Shown piece by piece: positions 41,770 through 56,145 of a stretch of DNA of 64,000 nucleotides. The translations under genes and the position numbers were made by a program. The notes beneath the pieces were generated by a model that saw only the letters and a list, made by a program, of their open reading frames with translations, searched no databases and was not told the origin of the DNA. The stretch is from Eledone cirrhosa. Lineage: Eukaryota. The stretch is from assembly GCA_964016885.1 (NCBI GenBank), contig OZ024745.1, forward strand, positions 18,166,001-18,230,000. The letters are read 5' to 3'. Within the stretch, counting starts at the first letter, position 1. The number at the start of each line of letters is the position of its first letter.

Positions 41770-42348
41770 ATATAATAATGAAATTATTGTGTAAAGTGCT
41801 CAGGTGCACTACAACTCGTCAATATAGTACATAGAATAATACACAAATGTCAGGGAAGTACATGTGTGTATGTGTTAGCTGTAGTGTTGGCGGATCTCGG
41901 GAAGCATGGAGGCTTTAAAGGATGCAGTGTCTCGACAGCTAACAACTGATGCAGGTAGTTTGTTCCATGCTTCAGCAACTCTGAGCGTGAAAAAATGTTT
42001 CCGAAAGTCATGGGAACTGTGCTGTTTTCTTACTTTGTGGGCATGTCCACGTGTGTTAGACACATCGAAATCGAAAAGGTACTCAGGGTTGTTGTTGGCA
42101 ACATGGTTAACAATTTTGTGGGTGTTTACCAAGTCAGTTGCCAGGCGTCGGAGCTTCAATGAATCCATGCCCAGGGAAGCAAGGCGCTCAGAGTATGGTA
42201 GATGCCTGGTGGAGGGTTTTCGCTTGGTTGCACGTCTCTGAACAGTTTCCAGGTGGTCAATGTCCTGAGCAAGATAGGGGTTCCAGACTGGTGATGCAAA
42301 TTCTAAGTGTGGTCGCACCATAGCTGTATACAGCCTTAAATAGATATC
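41770..42348 (-). mobile_element. CR1-group LINE 3' fragment
   Basis: LYTAMVRPHLEFASPVWNPY..LETVQRRATK..YSERL..TRGH..RKHFFTLRVAEAWNKLP..FK, then short 3' UTR ending in (ATT)-like repeats. Confidence 0.88.
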
Positions 42349-43234
42349 TATTATATTATATGTTGTTCACTTTCTAACTAAATATATATATATATACGAG
42401 TGTGTGAGAGAGAGGAGGTTAGAAAGAGTAATTACCGAAAATTGTTAAGATTGACCGTCGAGTTTATACGAAAATATATCTACAATTTACGTTAAATATA
42501 TCGAATAACCATTTGAAAAATGGTCTTAGTAATTTTGGGAATATTAACACCATATCCACATATGCATGCATAAATGAATGAGTGTGCATTTGTGTAAGCA
42601 TGCATATACATTTGTGTAAGCATACATATACACTTACCTGGTAATCGAAAACGAGAACCTGATGTTTGGAATTTGAATTTCAGTTTTGAATGCTGTAAAT
42701 TCTATTTCATGTATAGAGTATCCTATTTTATATTAAATTTTATTCTCTTTCCAATCAGAAGATTTTTAACCTCGCTTCTCAAAGTATTTTGCCACCTGCA
42801 ATATTTCCTATGACGTAACTACAAATATGTGTCTTTTTATTTTTTTTTTCTATGTAACCAATATGTGTTTGTCAGTTTGCGCGTTTGCCTATCTATAACA
42901 AGCAATGAACTATTTTTTACTAATACATATTCAGATTTTATATAAGCTGCTTCATATACAGAAATATTGAGGTATCGAAAAAATAAATGCAATCTAAAAT
43001 TCTGTTAACTTGCGATTTGATTTTAATATTTTTGGTTTGTTTTTCATCGATAACTGTGTTTCTTGCCGCATGCTTCAATTCGCCGATGATGTAATTATTA
43101 AACATTCGTCTAGAAAAAACTATCCCAGACAGAAATTGTATCAGTGGAAAGCAGTTGAACAACATTCATCGAGTACTCTTCATCGAGTAATCTTAAAGTA
43201 AAAATATATATATCCGCATCGTGAACATCTGTTT

Positions 43235-43314
<80 letters not shown>

Positions 43315-43328
43315 TCTCTCTATCTATC

Positions 43329-43367
<39 letters not shown>

Positions 43368-43384
43368 CTCGCTCGTTCTTTCTC

Positions 43385-43435
<51 letters not shown>

Positions 43436-43458
43436 ATATACATGTGTGTGGATATGTA

Positions 43459-43509
<51 letters not shown>

Positions 43510-43902
43510 ATATTTACTTATATATACATGTGTGTGTATGTGCATGTGCGGGAATGCGTGCGTAGGTGTGTGTGCGTGTGTTTGAATGCATGTATGAATA
43601 AATGTATGTAAATTGCTGGAAAGTAATGTTGGTATACGGAAACTATTGACAGGAACTGTAGTAAAGAAATATATCATATATTCATACAGAAATAAATTAT
43701 ATTAAGCGAAGACATTACACTTATTGTTTTGATTTGCTTTTTTATAGACAAAAGTCAAATTTATAAAATATATAACATAAGAGAAATTGTACGTTCCAGA
43801 CATCTGATATACGTTCTCTTAATTTCGTCATTAATATTTTAATATTCGAACAATTTCTCGTAACCTCTCTCTCCCACTCTTTCACTCTCTCTTTCACTCT
43901 CA

Positions 43903-43988
<86 letters not shown>

Positions 43989-45754
43989 AATTTCTCATAC
44001 ACACACACTCATATATATGTGTGTTTGTGTGTCTCTATATATGTATATTAATGGATGTATATCTATTTATTTTACACAGACACACATATATATTATACAC
44101 ATTTACTATATAATTTTATATATATAGATGATTCAATCGTAGTGTAAATGTATTTTATTTCATTATTCGTCTATAATATTATTCGTATGAATATTTCCAT
44201 AGAAAATATACAATGTGAGTTGAATTGTAATAACAAACTTGTTAAATTTATACTACTTCTCCTCCTCTCATCTGATATTGTAAAGCATTACCAACCACAG
44301 ATAAATATCTTAATTAAAACACAGCTATGAATATTTTAATCCAGATATCTTGAGGCCAGTAATTCATGTCGTCATCTGTAGAGCAAGAGAGTGATGGGTG
44401 AAAAAGTAAATGTACTAGAGTTATAGAAGAGAGACATTTAAATACACTTCACACGCCGCGAGGAAAATATTGTTCTGAAAAGAAGGCAAATTACTATAAA
44501 CTGGCTGATAATATCGAAATGAAGAAGAGTTATGAAAACAACGGAGGGTGAAACCATACAAAAATCAATATATATTCAAACTACAAAAGCTTTTAAACTG
44601 CTATAAAAATCGACACGGATTTTTTTAGTTAGAAATAATTCATAGTATATAAGGTGGGGTGATATGGCGGTAGTGATGAATGTAATTGTGAAAGGAAATT
44701 TATGTGGAAGAGCGTTGTTGATTTGACTGGGTGTGTTGGGGGGAGAAGCTTGTGGTGTTGGTAATGTTGAAAGTGATGAAGTCATTGATGTTGCTTTCGC
44801 TACTAGCGGTAGGAGAGGCGGCCGTAGGGAATGAATGTGCTATATCGTCTGTTTACATCAATATGATGATGATGATTTCCATCATCAGCATCTTCATAGT
44901 CAACATTTTGTAATTGTGAGTGTATCTGTATCATGGCACAAACAATGAATATTGCACAATGCTATTATGCTTATTGTATAATGGAAGGGTTCATGTTCAC
45001 GGGGAGTGAAAAGGTGAAACTAGAGAAAATACATAGGGAACATAGTAGTCTATAATATATATAATAAAACCTTGCAATTCATGTTACGGTATATATATGT
45101 ATGTACGGTCCTGTAACTCCAGAGGGAGCCGTAAGGTTGTCATATTGATATATGGCGTTTTGGGGGCATTTTTAAACCTGACAGAGCCCTTCTCCTCTCT
45201 AGGTCTGAATACAGCAGATTTTTTTTCAGAAAAGGGTAGAGTGTGGGAGAAGGGGATATAGAGGAAGAATTGACTCCCATACTTGACTGGTACTTTTTCT
45301 TCGACCTCAAAAAGATAAAGGCACAGTTTACCTCGGCTGGAATTGACCTCTCTTATGTAGTATAGATTTTCTTTATTCTTGCCGTCCCTTTTGCCATAAG
45401 ATGCATATACACATTCTTCTGCTCCGCCTTTGTGTGTGTATTGGTATGTATGTGCAAGAAAGATCTACGTTATGGCAATGAAATATAACTATATTTCTTA
45501 CTAAATGTTGCTTCCAAAATACGCTCCACCATCAATCAGTCTTCATCCTCTATCTGTAAATGTATTAATCTAAATTAATGAATGTCATCCGTCTTTGAAT
45601 TCGAATAATTCCGCTTGGTTTATTTAGAGAGATTATAATTAACAAGCTAGAATATATTTTACAATCAGTCATTAATTAGTATCCTTTACAAGTGTCTCAG
45701 CATATGAAAATCTTGCCCATTATCCAATTCTACAAATTTAATTGCGAGAGTCTA

Positions 45755-46165
45755 TATCATCATCAGGTCGAGCTTGCTCGGCTTTCTACGACAGGTTTCC
45801 TCCATCCATCTCTGTCTCTCATAGCGTTTGCCAGTTCTTCCCCAGTGCATCCAGTATCGTCCTCAAGTTGCTTGACGTATGTCTTCTTGGGACGACCAGC
45901 GTTTCTTGCTCCATGAGATGGACTCCATAACAACACATCACCTGCTATTTCTTCCTTGGTGCTCCAACAGTGGCCAACAAATCTGAGTCTCTGTCCACGT
46001 ATTGACCTGCTGATAGGTGGTATATTGCCATAGAGATCCTTATTTGTTGGGTGTTCCCTCCAAGACACGTTTAAAGCAGCACGGAGCATACGTGTTGTTG
46101 CCTTGTCTAGCTTTTTCTCCAATTTCGACGTTAGCGTCCAAGTGATAGAGCCATAAGCAAGCACA
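45755..46165 (-). mobile_element. RTE/RTE-X LINE 3' fragment
   Basis: YGSITWTLT..RMLRAALNVSW..LYG..RLRFVGHCW..LLW..GRPKKTY..MRDRDGWR, then (TGA)n tail. Confidence 0.88.
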
Positions 46166-46176
46166 GAGTCTATATA

Positions 46177-46255
<79 letters not shown>

Positions 46256-46315
46256 AAGCTTAAACAAGGTTCAATGAATAAATCAAAGAATGAGTTTTAC
46301 AATAGATTGGAAGTT

Positions 46316-46380
46316 ATTTTATCTGATGAGGACGTACTCTTGAAGTTAGCTCAGTACCTCTGAAATATGTATAATAAAAT
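46316..46380 (+). ncRNA. Type I hammerhead ribozyme
   Basis: attttat-CTGATGA-ggac gtac..gtac ctct-GAA-ata tg tat-A-ataaaat; perfect 7-bp stem I, AUA site. Confidence 0.72.
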
Positions 46381-46422
46381 ATACTTGATCACAAGAAGTT
46401 CTATTTTTGTTAATAGTCTGAA

Positions 46423-46507
<85 letters not shown>

Positions 46508-46544
46508 TACACAAGTATCAAAGTTATGTTCAAATCATTTAATC

Positions 46545-46589
46545 GCTGACAATTGTTTCTTCCAAACTTTAGTTTGGAGTCATCGGAGC
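46545..46589 (-). ncRNA. Minimal hammerhead (U4C)
   Basis: gct-CCGATGA-c tccaaac taaa gtttgga a-GAAAC-aatt-GTC-agc. Confidence 0.72.
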
Positions 46590-47045
46590 ATCATCAATGT
46601 TTGTACATATAATTAACCTCCTATTCAACTGAACAATCATATAGATACATATATATTGATGTTATGAACAAGATTTTAGTATTTAGAGGGTGTAATTCCT
46701 GCTCTGTAAAACACCTGGTGTTCTTACATTGAGCTATTTCTCTTACTGGTAGTAAATTACTGACTTTTCCTGTTTGTAGTTGTTTATAGTATAGTATATA
46801 CCTAACTATAAATAGTATCATTATTATAATATATATATATATATATATATAAATGAAGTATTTCCGTCAGAAACTGACGGCTGAAGACAGACACAACATC
46901 TTTCTTCAAGAAACCACTGGTAAATGAAATGATTATCTTATGTTGTTTATTACATAACTAAATATATATATATATAATCAAGGTTTAGCAAATAAGAAAA
47001 AGTTTCAAAATAAATTTCAAAAAATTCACTGTACTTACTATGGTT

Positions 47046-47132
47046 ACCTTTACCGAATCGGTTACGTATCTCAAAAATAAATGGATAGTCCTTACGCGGT
47101 TCCATTGAAAAGATAAACTCTCGTCAGAAGGT
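47046..47132 (-). ncRNA. Hammerhead with extended stem II (one core mismatch)
   Basis: acctt-CTGACGA-g..tatctt..aatgga..tccatt..gagata c-GTAA-ccga t tcgg-TA-aaggt. Confidence 0.6.
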
Positions 47133-47368
47133 TCTTTTCACTCGGAGAATATAAAATTCCCGAGTTCAAATTACGAGCTGGCGCTATTCAAAATTGTTCC
47201 CGAGATGAGAATGAATGAGGTGGAAGCAATTCTGTCCTGTGCCGAGTCCAAAGATAGTAGGCAGAGGCAGGGAGGTCAATCTACCACCACTATAAATAGC
47301 AGCAGTCAAACGACCAGATTTCATCTCGACCAGGAGGAGATTAATATATATATATATATATATATATA

Positions 47369-48000
47369 CTAGCAACGTATCCCGGCGTTGCACGGGTAGG
47401 AACATTGGTAATAGCACCTCCAATGGGAAACGGTTTTTTTTTTTTTTGTGAGTGCCTGTTAAAAACACACGAAAATATACCGACTGGAAACTTGTTTTAT
47501 TCGGAGAAAATTAAGAAGTTGAAAGTACAGTTTAGCTTTTGGCCTATTGGAGTAAATGTGAAAAAGTCACTAGTTAAGTTGGCAGAAGGTTCCAGTGTCA
47601 TAGCAGTAAGGCGTAGGCTACTTACCTCACAAGTTCTTTCCACTAAGTTACTCTTTCTCTCTATCCCTCTCGGTGCAGTCCCTTGCGACTTTCTCGCGTA
47701 GGCCTGGTGTAGATTTGCACCCGATCCATCTGCCCGATGCACATGTCGGCTTTGTACGGCTTTTGGAGGAAGGAGTGACCAGCAGTACGTTGTTCGGTAT
47801 TATTACGAAAAGGTGTAGCAGAGAATCCCTCGTGAAATAACAGCTCGAGATGAAACTGCTTACCTCGAAGATTGTTTCGCCATCGTTCTTTTCAATGCTC
47901 CGTTTAGTTGGTATTTTTTGGTCTGCAGTTAGATGAATGGCGCACAAAGGGTTAATGTTTATTGGCAAGATGTTTTTGAATAATAAAAGACGGGTTAAAG
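47369..48000 (-). mobile_element. Helitron 3' portion (5' limit uncertain)
   Basis: Minus strand ends CCCGTGCAACGCCGGG hairpin + ATACGTTG-CTAG/T. Confidence 0.6.
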
Positions 48001-48016
48001 CGACCTACAATGTGCC

Positions 48017-48087
<71 letters not shown>

Positions 48088-48089
<2 letters not shown>

Positions 48090-48482
48090 TGATTAATGTT
48101 CAGAGCCATCCTCAGCATTCTCGTGTAGCACTCATCCACCATCTGAGTGAGTTTCTTGGTCAGTGTCCAAGTCTCAGACCCGTACAGCACCACAGACTCC
48201 ACAACAGCAACGAAGAGTGGCACAGAGGAGACAGAGGTTAGCTGGAGATGCTCACGAATATCCAGAGTTGACAATGCAGTCAGTACTCCTGTGGGAGCCC
48301 CTGCATAGACACACTCGAAGAGGAAGACAGAGGTTAACGTATGTTAATGTCCTAAGGACATACACTGATCTGTTGGAGACGCAGGACATGGCAGCGATAA
48401 TAAGCGACAGAGACCGCTGGAGAGAACTCGTCCAAGGATCTCGGGAATTTTACCCGCCCTAGATAGATAGATAGATAGATTA
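48088..48482. mobile_element. RTE/RTE-X LINE fragment with inverted 5' part
   Basis: Minus strand LFVAVVESVVLYGSETWTLT..RMLRMALNI (48230-48090); plus strand RLAG..VLLWEP..GRQRLTY..DRDRWR..* then (TAGA)n. Confidence 0.85.
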
Positions 48483-48513
48483 TTATGTGTATATTTATAT
48501 ATGCTTGTGTATG

Positions 48514-48584
<71 letters not shown>

Positions 48585-49183
48585 GTGTATATATGTATAT
48601 CTGTATATATCTGTATATATCTGTATATATGTATATATATATATAAATATAAATATATTACAAAGAGAGAAGTGTGTTACACAGTGAGATGTGTGTAAAG
48701 AATTATTACGTATGAGTTTAATCATTATTGTATGGAAAGCAACACCTACAGGTTAGCAATTAAATAGAAAGAACACTAAGTCAGAATCAAATCTCCGAAG
48801 TACAGTTTTAAATTACCAACCTGATAACTATAATCTTGCTGATACGAATCTATTTCGTTTCGCCACTGAAATGTGTAGTGTAAAAGTCCACATGTTCCTC
48901 AGTCAGCAAGTGTGGAATTGTTCGGTAGACATCTAGCTTAATGGAAAGAGAGAACGCAAATATACACGCTGCCCAGAGCAGGGCGAAAACACGTTTTATT
49001 TGCATCAAATAACGGCTCTCATGAATTGGGGAAAATGCTAGAGAGAGTAGCCCAACGATTCGAATTTATTAGCTCAACAATTTGGAGCTCGTTAATTATA
49101 CAAGGATCGGAATTAGAGTATTCCGCAGTTCACAGTAATAATAATATTAGCTCAAAGAAGAACAGCTCAAAGAAGAACATATA

Positions 49184-49290
<107 letters not shown>

Positions 49291-49662
49291 GTATGTATAT
49301 ATATATATATGTGTGTGTGTTTGCGCGCGCGCGCGTGTGTGTGTGTTTGCGCGCGCGTGTGTGTGTGTGTATGTGTGTTTGTGTGTGTGTGTGAAAATGT
49401 GGCGAAGGTAATACGTCAGCAATGACGTGTTCATCAAAATGTCGTTTTGCAGACAGCCAGACATACAGACAGATATTATATTATAAGGGCGCAGCGGAGA
49501 TCGATAACCGCCACCTAACACCCATTTATCAACAGAAAATAGAAATGCAAGTTTGAAGTCAATAGGAGTAGAAAAGTTGATTTGTATAGACTTTGCAAAA
49601 ATGAGGAAACACACACACAGATAACTACAGTTTTATATATATGTATAGATAGTTTATATATA

Positions 49663-49848
49663 ATGAAGGAAGTGTGGTAAGGAACCAGGTGGACCATAAC
49701 GTACCAGAGTACTCGATACTTTGGATAGTAGAGTGGGTAATAGGAAAAGGTTAAGGAACCCGACGGCAGAGATCAAGCCGTTTCGACGGCTATTTCTGGA
49801 CTCAGAGTCCAGAAATAGCCGTCGAAACGGCTTGAGCTCTGCTCGGTT
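49663..49848 (-). mobile_element. Palindromic element family D
   Basis: Tail GGAAGTGTGGTAAGGAACCAGGTGGACC plus arms ...CCGTTTCGACGGCTATTTCTGGACTC/GAGTCCAGAAATAGCCGTCGAAACGG. Confidence 0.75.
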
Positions 49849-49867
49849 ATATATATATATATATATA

Positions 49868-50762
49868 CGAGGTGTGTCAGAAAGGTTCCAGGATTGATGT
49901 CACAAAAGATTTATTTCAAACCCAAACTGCACACTAAGAGTTTTCTCTTTCAAAGTAATCCCCCTGGAGTCTAATGCACTTTTCCATCCTTTTCTGCCAC
50001 GCTTGCTTGCACTCCTGGCAGGATTCTTCCGGGATCCTCTGCCGTTCCGTCGTCACGGCCTTTTTGATGTCGTCCACATCTTCAAAACGGGTCCCCTCCG
50101 GGTCGTACTCGACGATCCATGACTCATCACCGGTGATGACTGTCCAATAGCAAGTCTGGTTCGGTTTCAAGACGCTCGAAGGTGTCCTGGCACACTTGCA
50201 TGCATCGACCCTTCAGGTCATCGTTCAGCAGTTTTTCCACCATCTTCGCGGAGATTTTCCGCATGTCCAAACCTTCAGTGAGAATCTTCCAGACGCTGTC
50301 CCGATTCATGCCCAGCTTATTTGCCATCAGTCGAACAGTCAGCCGACGAGCGCTACGCACCATCTGCCTGACGTGCTCAACGTTGACCTCAGTCCTGGTT
50401 GTTGAGGGCCTTCCGCTCCTGGGGTCATCTTCCACGTCCTCGCGTCCTTCTTTAAACCTCTTGCACCACTCAAAAACACGTGAGCGTGACATCGTCTCAT
50501 CTCCATACACTTGCTGCAGCAATCCCAGTGCTTCTGACGGAGTTTTCAAGTTTGTTCGTTGCTCTGTGCTCATTGCTTGACGATCTGAAACAGAAGTCAT
50601 GTATATACAATTAGAAGAAAAAAGTTTGATCGCTGCAGAGAGCTAAGGTTGCAGTTACATACTCCAGGGGATTACTTTGACGGAGAAAACTCTTAGTGTG
50701 AAGTTTGGGTTTGAAATAAATCATTTGTGACATCAGTACTGGAATTTTTCTGACGCACCTCG
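49868..50762 (-). mobile_element. Mariner transposon, internally deleted
   Basis: About 110-bp TIRs CGAGGTG(T/C)GTCAGAAA..., TA on both sides; transposase HTH (QVYGDETMSRSRVFEW..DDPRSGRP) and ITGDESW..YDPE fused directly to C-terminal GTRFEDV..GDYFE. Confidence 0.93.
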
Positions 50763-50764
50763 TA

Positions 50765-50857
<93 letters not shown>

Positions 50858-50862
<5 letters not shown>

Positions 50863-51044
50863 AACGAGTAGGACCCCGACGGCTGAGCTCAAGCCGTTTC
50901 GACGTTTCGACGGCTAATTCTGGACTAAAATCTTGCATTCAGCCGTCGGGGTCCTACTAGTTCCTATTACCCACTCTACTACCCTAAGTATTGAGTACTT
51001 TGGTGCGTTATGGTCCACCTGGTTCCTTACCACATTTCCTTCGT

Positions 51045-51047
<3 letters not shown>
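50858..51047 (+). mobile_element. Palindromic element family D
   Basis: Short arm TAGGAACGAGTAGGACCCCGACGGCTG; long arm with tail to ...CCTTCGTTATA. Confidence 0.75.
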
Positions 51048-51074
<27 letters not shown>

Positions 51075-51079
<5 letters not shown>

Positions 51080-52694
51080 ATATTTTGAGAATAAGCTCTC
51101 AGTCCTTTACAATAATTAAGCTCCAGGAAAGGGTCATTTCCGAGCAGTTAAATACATTAAAATATATGATAAACACAAAACGTGTTTGCATTGCAACAGA
51201 CAGTCAGCTATTAAAAATCAGCTCTAACATTTAAGGAGCAATATACTATATAATATTTTGAGAATAAGCTCTCAGTCCTTTACAATAATTAAGCTCCAGG
51301 AAAGGGTCATTTCCGAGCAGTTAAATACATTTCTTCTACAGAACAGGTTTGGATTTTGAAATTTAAATCTGTCCAGGAATCATGGCAGTTGCCAATATAA
51401 GATTGTATTTATTGACTTATATCGAGACAGACAAATTATTTCATTAATAGCTGACTATCTGTTGCAATGCAAACACGTTTTGTGTTTATCATATATTTTA
51501 ATGTATTTAACTGCTCGGAAATGACCCTTTCCTGGAGCTTAATTATTGTAAAGGACTGAGAGCTTATTCTCAAAATATTATATAGTATCCTAGCAGTAAA
51601 GCCCGGCGTTGCTCGGGGTCGCTCAGTAGCTGTGTTAAAGTTACAATGTTAAGTTTCTTTTTGGGCTTAAAGTCTGTCTGCACGACTGTCTGTCTGCACG
51701 CCTAACGAAATTTACAGATACATATATTTTAAATAAACTTATATAATTTTTGCTTTTTTTTACGAAATATTTGCTTGTTTTACGTAGTCTTTAAATAGAC
51801 TTGTTTTCAAGTAAAAATATTGTTTTAAAAGGCTTTTAAATGGAAATGAAGCAAAACGGAAGCTTAGTGTTTGAACTGATGAATTTTGCAGGTCAAAATT
51901 TTGCTGGCTCGACAACTGTTCGTGTATTGTGTTAATGTCATTTTAAACGCTGTGAAAGCCAGCGTAATTTTTTTAATTTTTGCACGCAGTAAGACGCTCA
52001 ATGTAAACAGAACAAAGGGAAATAACTCGTCACTTACGCTCAAAAATCGATACATTAGATTCGATTTCGTCACATAGGGTGGGTCAATTTGAAATATTTT
52101 TTTCCGATGTCTTCGCTAGGGCTCAATGTACAAGTATAGCAATTTCAGTGCAATTCCGTCAGAGATTCTAAGAGGAGATGTGTGCCAAAAATCGACAGAC
52201 AGACAACCACAGCTTTATATATATAGATTGCTCCTTAAATGTTAGAGCTGATTTTTAATCCCGCATATATGGCTGTTATTTCTAGCACCGTTAATGCGGG
52301 ACGGCTAGTTTGGTCTGGCTATACACGTGTAGTCAGACTTGCAAAATTTGTTGATGTGAAATGTACTAATTTCTACTGGATTCCTGTTGATATGCACAGA
52401 AGATTTAGATATTTCACTTTTTATTTCAATTCCATTTCGATTCTCTCTATTTTTTAAATTCACATACCACCATTGCGAAACGGATTTGGGTTTCGAGGTT
52501 CAAATTCGTCTACAGAACAGGTTTGGATTTTGAAATTTAAATCTGTCCAGGAATCATCGCAGTTGCCAATATAAGATTGTCTTTATTGACTTATATCGAG
52601 ACAGACAAATTGTATTCACTTTAATTAGTTTATTTCATTAATAGCTGACTGTCTGTTGCAATGCAAACACGTTTTGTGTTTATCATATATTTTA

Positions 52695-52700
<6 letters not shown>
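51075..52700. repeat. Tandem plus inverted array of an approximately 470-bp unit
   Basis: 51075-51330 is the inverse of 51445-51588 plus 52228-52260; 51333-51505 is repeated at 52509-52700. Confidence 0.8.
51590..52227 (-). mobile_element. Non-autonomous Helitron
   Basis: Minus strand starts TCTATATATATAAAG and ends CCCGAGCAACGCCGGG hairpin + CTAG; the empty site is preserved at 51231-51255. Confidence 0.85.
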
Positions 52701-52730
<30 letters not shown>

Positions 52731-52735
<5 letters not shown>

Positions 52736-53790
52736 GAAAATAAACCAAAGAAGCCTTCAATACATCAAAAGTCTTTATTAGCCAACAATGTGTTGTCCTA
52801 TTAAGGACTTATCAGGGCAAGTAAAGCTATAAGAATCACTATCGGCCAATATAAGCCAAAAACTCAGAAGAATATGGAGTATACATCTATTAAATAATAG
52901 ATAATATTTATTTATACCGATTGTTTGAAAACTCGACCTCCGTCTGTTTTGTTACAACGGGGATAGATATTTTTCCAGCACAATTTTTTCAACACAATTC
53001 AGTTCTGTATGATATCTTTTTCTCACCCTGTGTGTAACTTTATATGATTTGTTAAGTTATATGCCAATATATTATAATATTGTTATTATAGTGTTATTGT
53101 AATATTTATATTGTTTGTGCAAATTGACCGAAGATTATAAATTATATAGTATATTATATATTATATTTTTATTTTTATTCATTTCTTTATCATTTTATAC
53201 TGTAAATAATATATGTATTATATTTATATTTAAACTCTTAATAAGTGTTAGTTTGTGTTTGTATTGATGGATATGTTTATTGATATATATATATATATAT
53301 ACATATGTATATATATATATATATGTATATTGGCCCTTTTAATATTATTATTATTATCATTATCAATTATATTATATTATATTATATTATATTATATATC
53401 GTACTGTAATTCTCGCTTTATATCACCACTTGTGTTTAGTTTTAGTTTTTGCATTGTACTATATTTGTAATATGGGTTCAAAATGTTATTCACTTCCTTA
53501 GCAATTTTTACTTGATAATTTTCCTATGCTTTAATGTATGTATACTCCATATTCTTCTGAGTTTTTGGCTTGTATTGGCCGATAGTGCTTCTTATAGCTT
53601 TACTTGCCCTGATGAGTCCTTAATAGGACGAAACATTGTTGGCTAATAAAGACTTTTGATGTATTGAAGGCTTCTTTGGTTTATTTTCATAATTCTTCGG
53701 CTCTGTTTAATTACATTGAGCTATATCTTTACTGTCATTTCTATAATATGAAGAGGGTGTTTAACTCCAACACACTCTAGTATTTTAATA
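52731..53790 (+). mobile_element. PLE-like element with about 160-bp inverted arms and tail
   Basis: 52731-52887 is the inverse of 53537-53692; hammerhead in the arms. Confidence 0.78.
53606..53643 (+). ncRNA. Minimal type I hammerhead ribozyme
   Basis: gcc-CTGATGA-gtcct taat aggac-GAAAC-att-GTT-ggc; decayed inverse copy at about 52781-52820. Confidence 0.87.
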
Positions 53791-53804
53791 CTTATATATA
53801 TATC

Positions 53805-53893
<89 letters not shown>

Positions 53894-53907
53894 AGAGAGC
53901 GAGACTT

Positions 53908-53994
53908 TATAGGAAAAGGTTATGGACGCTGAGTCCAGAAATAGCCATCGAAACGGCTTGAGCTCTGCCGTCGAGGTCCTGAACCGTTTCCTAT
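53908..53994 (+). mobile_element. Family D fragment
   Basis: GAGTCCAGAAATAGCCATCGAAACGGCTTGAGCTCTGCCGTC...TTTCCTAT. Confidence 0.7.
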
Positions 53995-54057
53995 GTAGGG
54001 TGTATATATATAGTATATATATATATAGTATATATACGTATATATATATATATATTA

Positions 54058-54791
54058 TCTGTATATATATAAAGACGAAGTTTTCTGTATGTGTGTGTGG
54101 ACAATTTTTAATGAGGGCTCATATATTCTAAACCATTCATGCGATTTCTTTGAAATTTTTTATAGAGCTTCTCCTTGCACAAAATCTGTACATGATCTAC
54201 AAAGGATTTCAAAAATCGATATTGGCGCCTTTGGAGGCATTAAAAAAGTTTCGGTTATTTGTGTCAATGTTCGTGATTAAGTAAAACAAGAGTTATCTTT
54301 CGTAATACGGCTCATTCGGATTTTAATTTACTCTTTGTACTTGAAAGAAAAGGTACGCTTCCTTGAGACTAACACTATCAATTTGTATGTTTCACAACCA
54401 GCAATTTCTAACAGATTACTAAGTTAAGTTATAGATTTGACATTGTATAATTTATCGTTTCAAGTTTGATGTTCATACATTAAGTGTTGTCATAACTTTT
54501 ACAATATTATGCTTTGTACATAATTTGTCTATTATTCACTTCACTTCTCTATTTCATGATGCGCTTTTACTGTTGTCAAAAAAATGTATACCTAGACTGG
54601 ATTTCTGTTGTTACATTGTATAACGGATTACACCGAGCTTACATATTAATTATTTCGCTGGAATAGTGCCTAAGGTTTTCATGTTTACATAAAATACGTT
54701 CTTCTTCTATGTATTCAAATTTACTTTGTTTAGTTTAATAAGCTACATCGAAAGCTACTTGAACCGTCCAAAGGACGGGTAGTTTAGCTAG
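54058..54791 (+). mobile_element. Non-autonomous Helitron
   Basis: A/TCTGTATATATATAAAG start; CCGTCC AAA GGACGG hairpin followed shortly by CTAG/T. Confidence 0.82.
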
Positions 54792-54898
<107 letters not shown>

Positions 54899-55156
54899 AT
54901 ACCTATATACACTACTGACGCATTGTATGTTCGTAGCGAAATGTATTTATGCATGCATGTATATATGTATATATGTAATGTATATAATATATGTTTGTAT
55001 GTATGAATCTGCATGCTACAAAAGCACATTTACAATTGTGTTTATATGTACATAAATGAACGGTCGTAAATACGTCTACAATTACACAGACGCGCACAAA
55101 CATAACCATATACTGGCACTCTAACTGGCTCATGCTCAAAGCACGATCTTACATTT

Positions 55157-55187
<31 letters not shown>

Positions 55188-55189
55188 GT

Positions 55190-55542
<353 letters not shown>

Positions 55543-55918
55543 GCTAGAAGCAATGTATTGTTGTTTCTGCTAGGTAGTTCTTCCATTTTGTTTAACCTGA
55601 ACAGACATGAAAGGAAAGAGGTCGTTCCATTCTAGATGACATAAGATACTAAGTGAAAAGCAGTGACCGAAGTAATATGACCTACGAATTTAGGTTGTGT
55701 GAATTTTTTTACAAGAATCATATTGTCGACAACATTATATCCTATCTTAAGATATAACATTTAAACAGACGGTGAAACGGTTCATTTTATTGCTGTGCAC
55801 ATACACACACACACACATAGAGGTGTGTGCGTGTATATGTATATCCATTTGTATATATATATATGTATATATATATGTACATATGTATATATATGTATAT
55901 ATTATATATATATATATA

Positions 55919-55961
<43 letters not shown>

Positions 55962-55974
55962 ATATATATATATT

Positions 55975-56023
<49 letters not shown>

Positions 56024-56059
56024 GTATATATATGTATATATAGATATATATACATATAC

Positions 56060-56145
<86 letters not shown>

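Noticed and set aside
46860-46915. Hammerhead-like motif on the minus strand; similar weak cases at about 24720 and 41700-41760
   Set aside because: Hairpin plus GAAA is present, but the CUGANGA strand or stems I/III are missing.
47497-47968. Helitron Rep/Pif1 coding remnant
   Set aside because: No helicase or Rep motifs recognisable in the ORFs.
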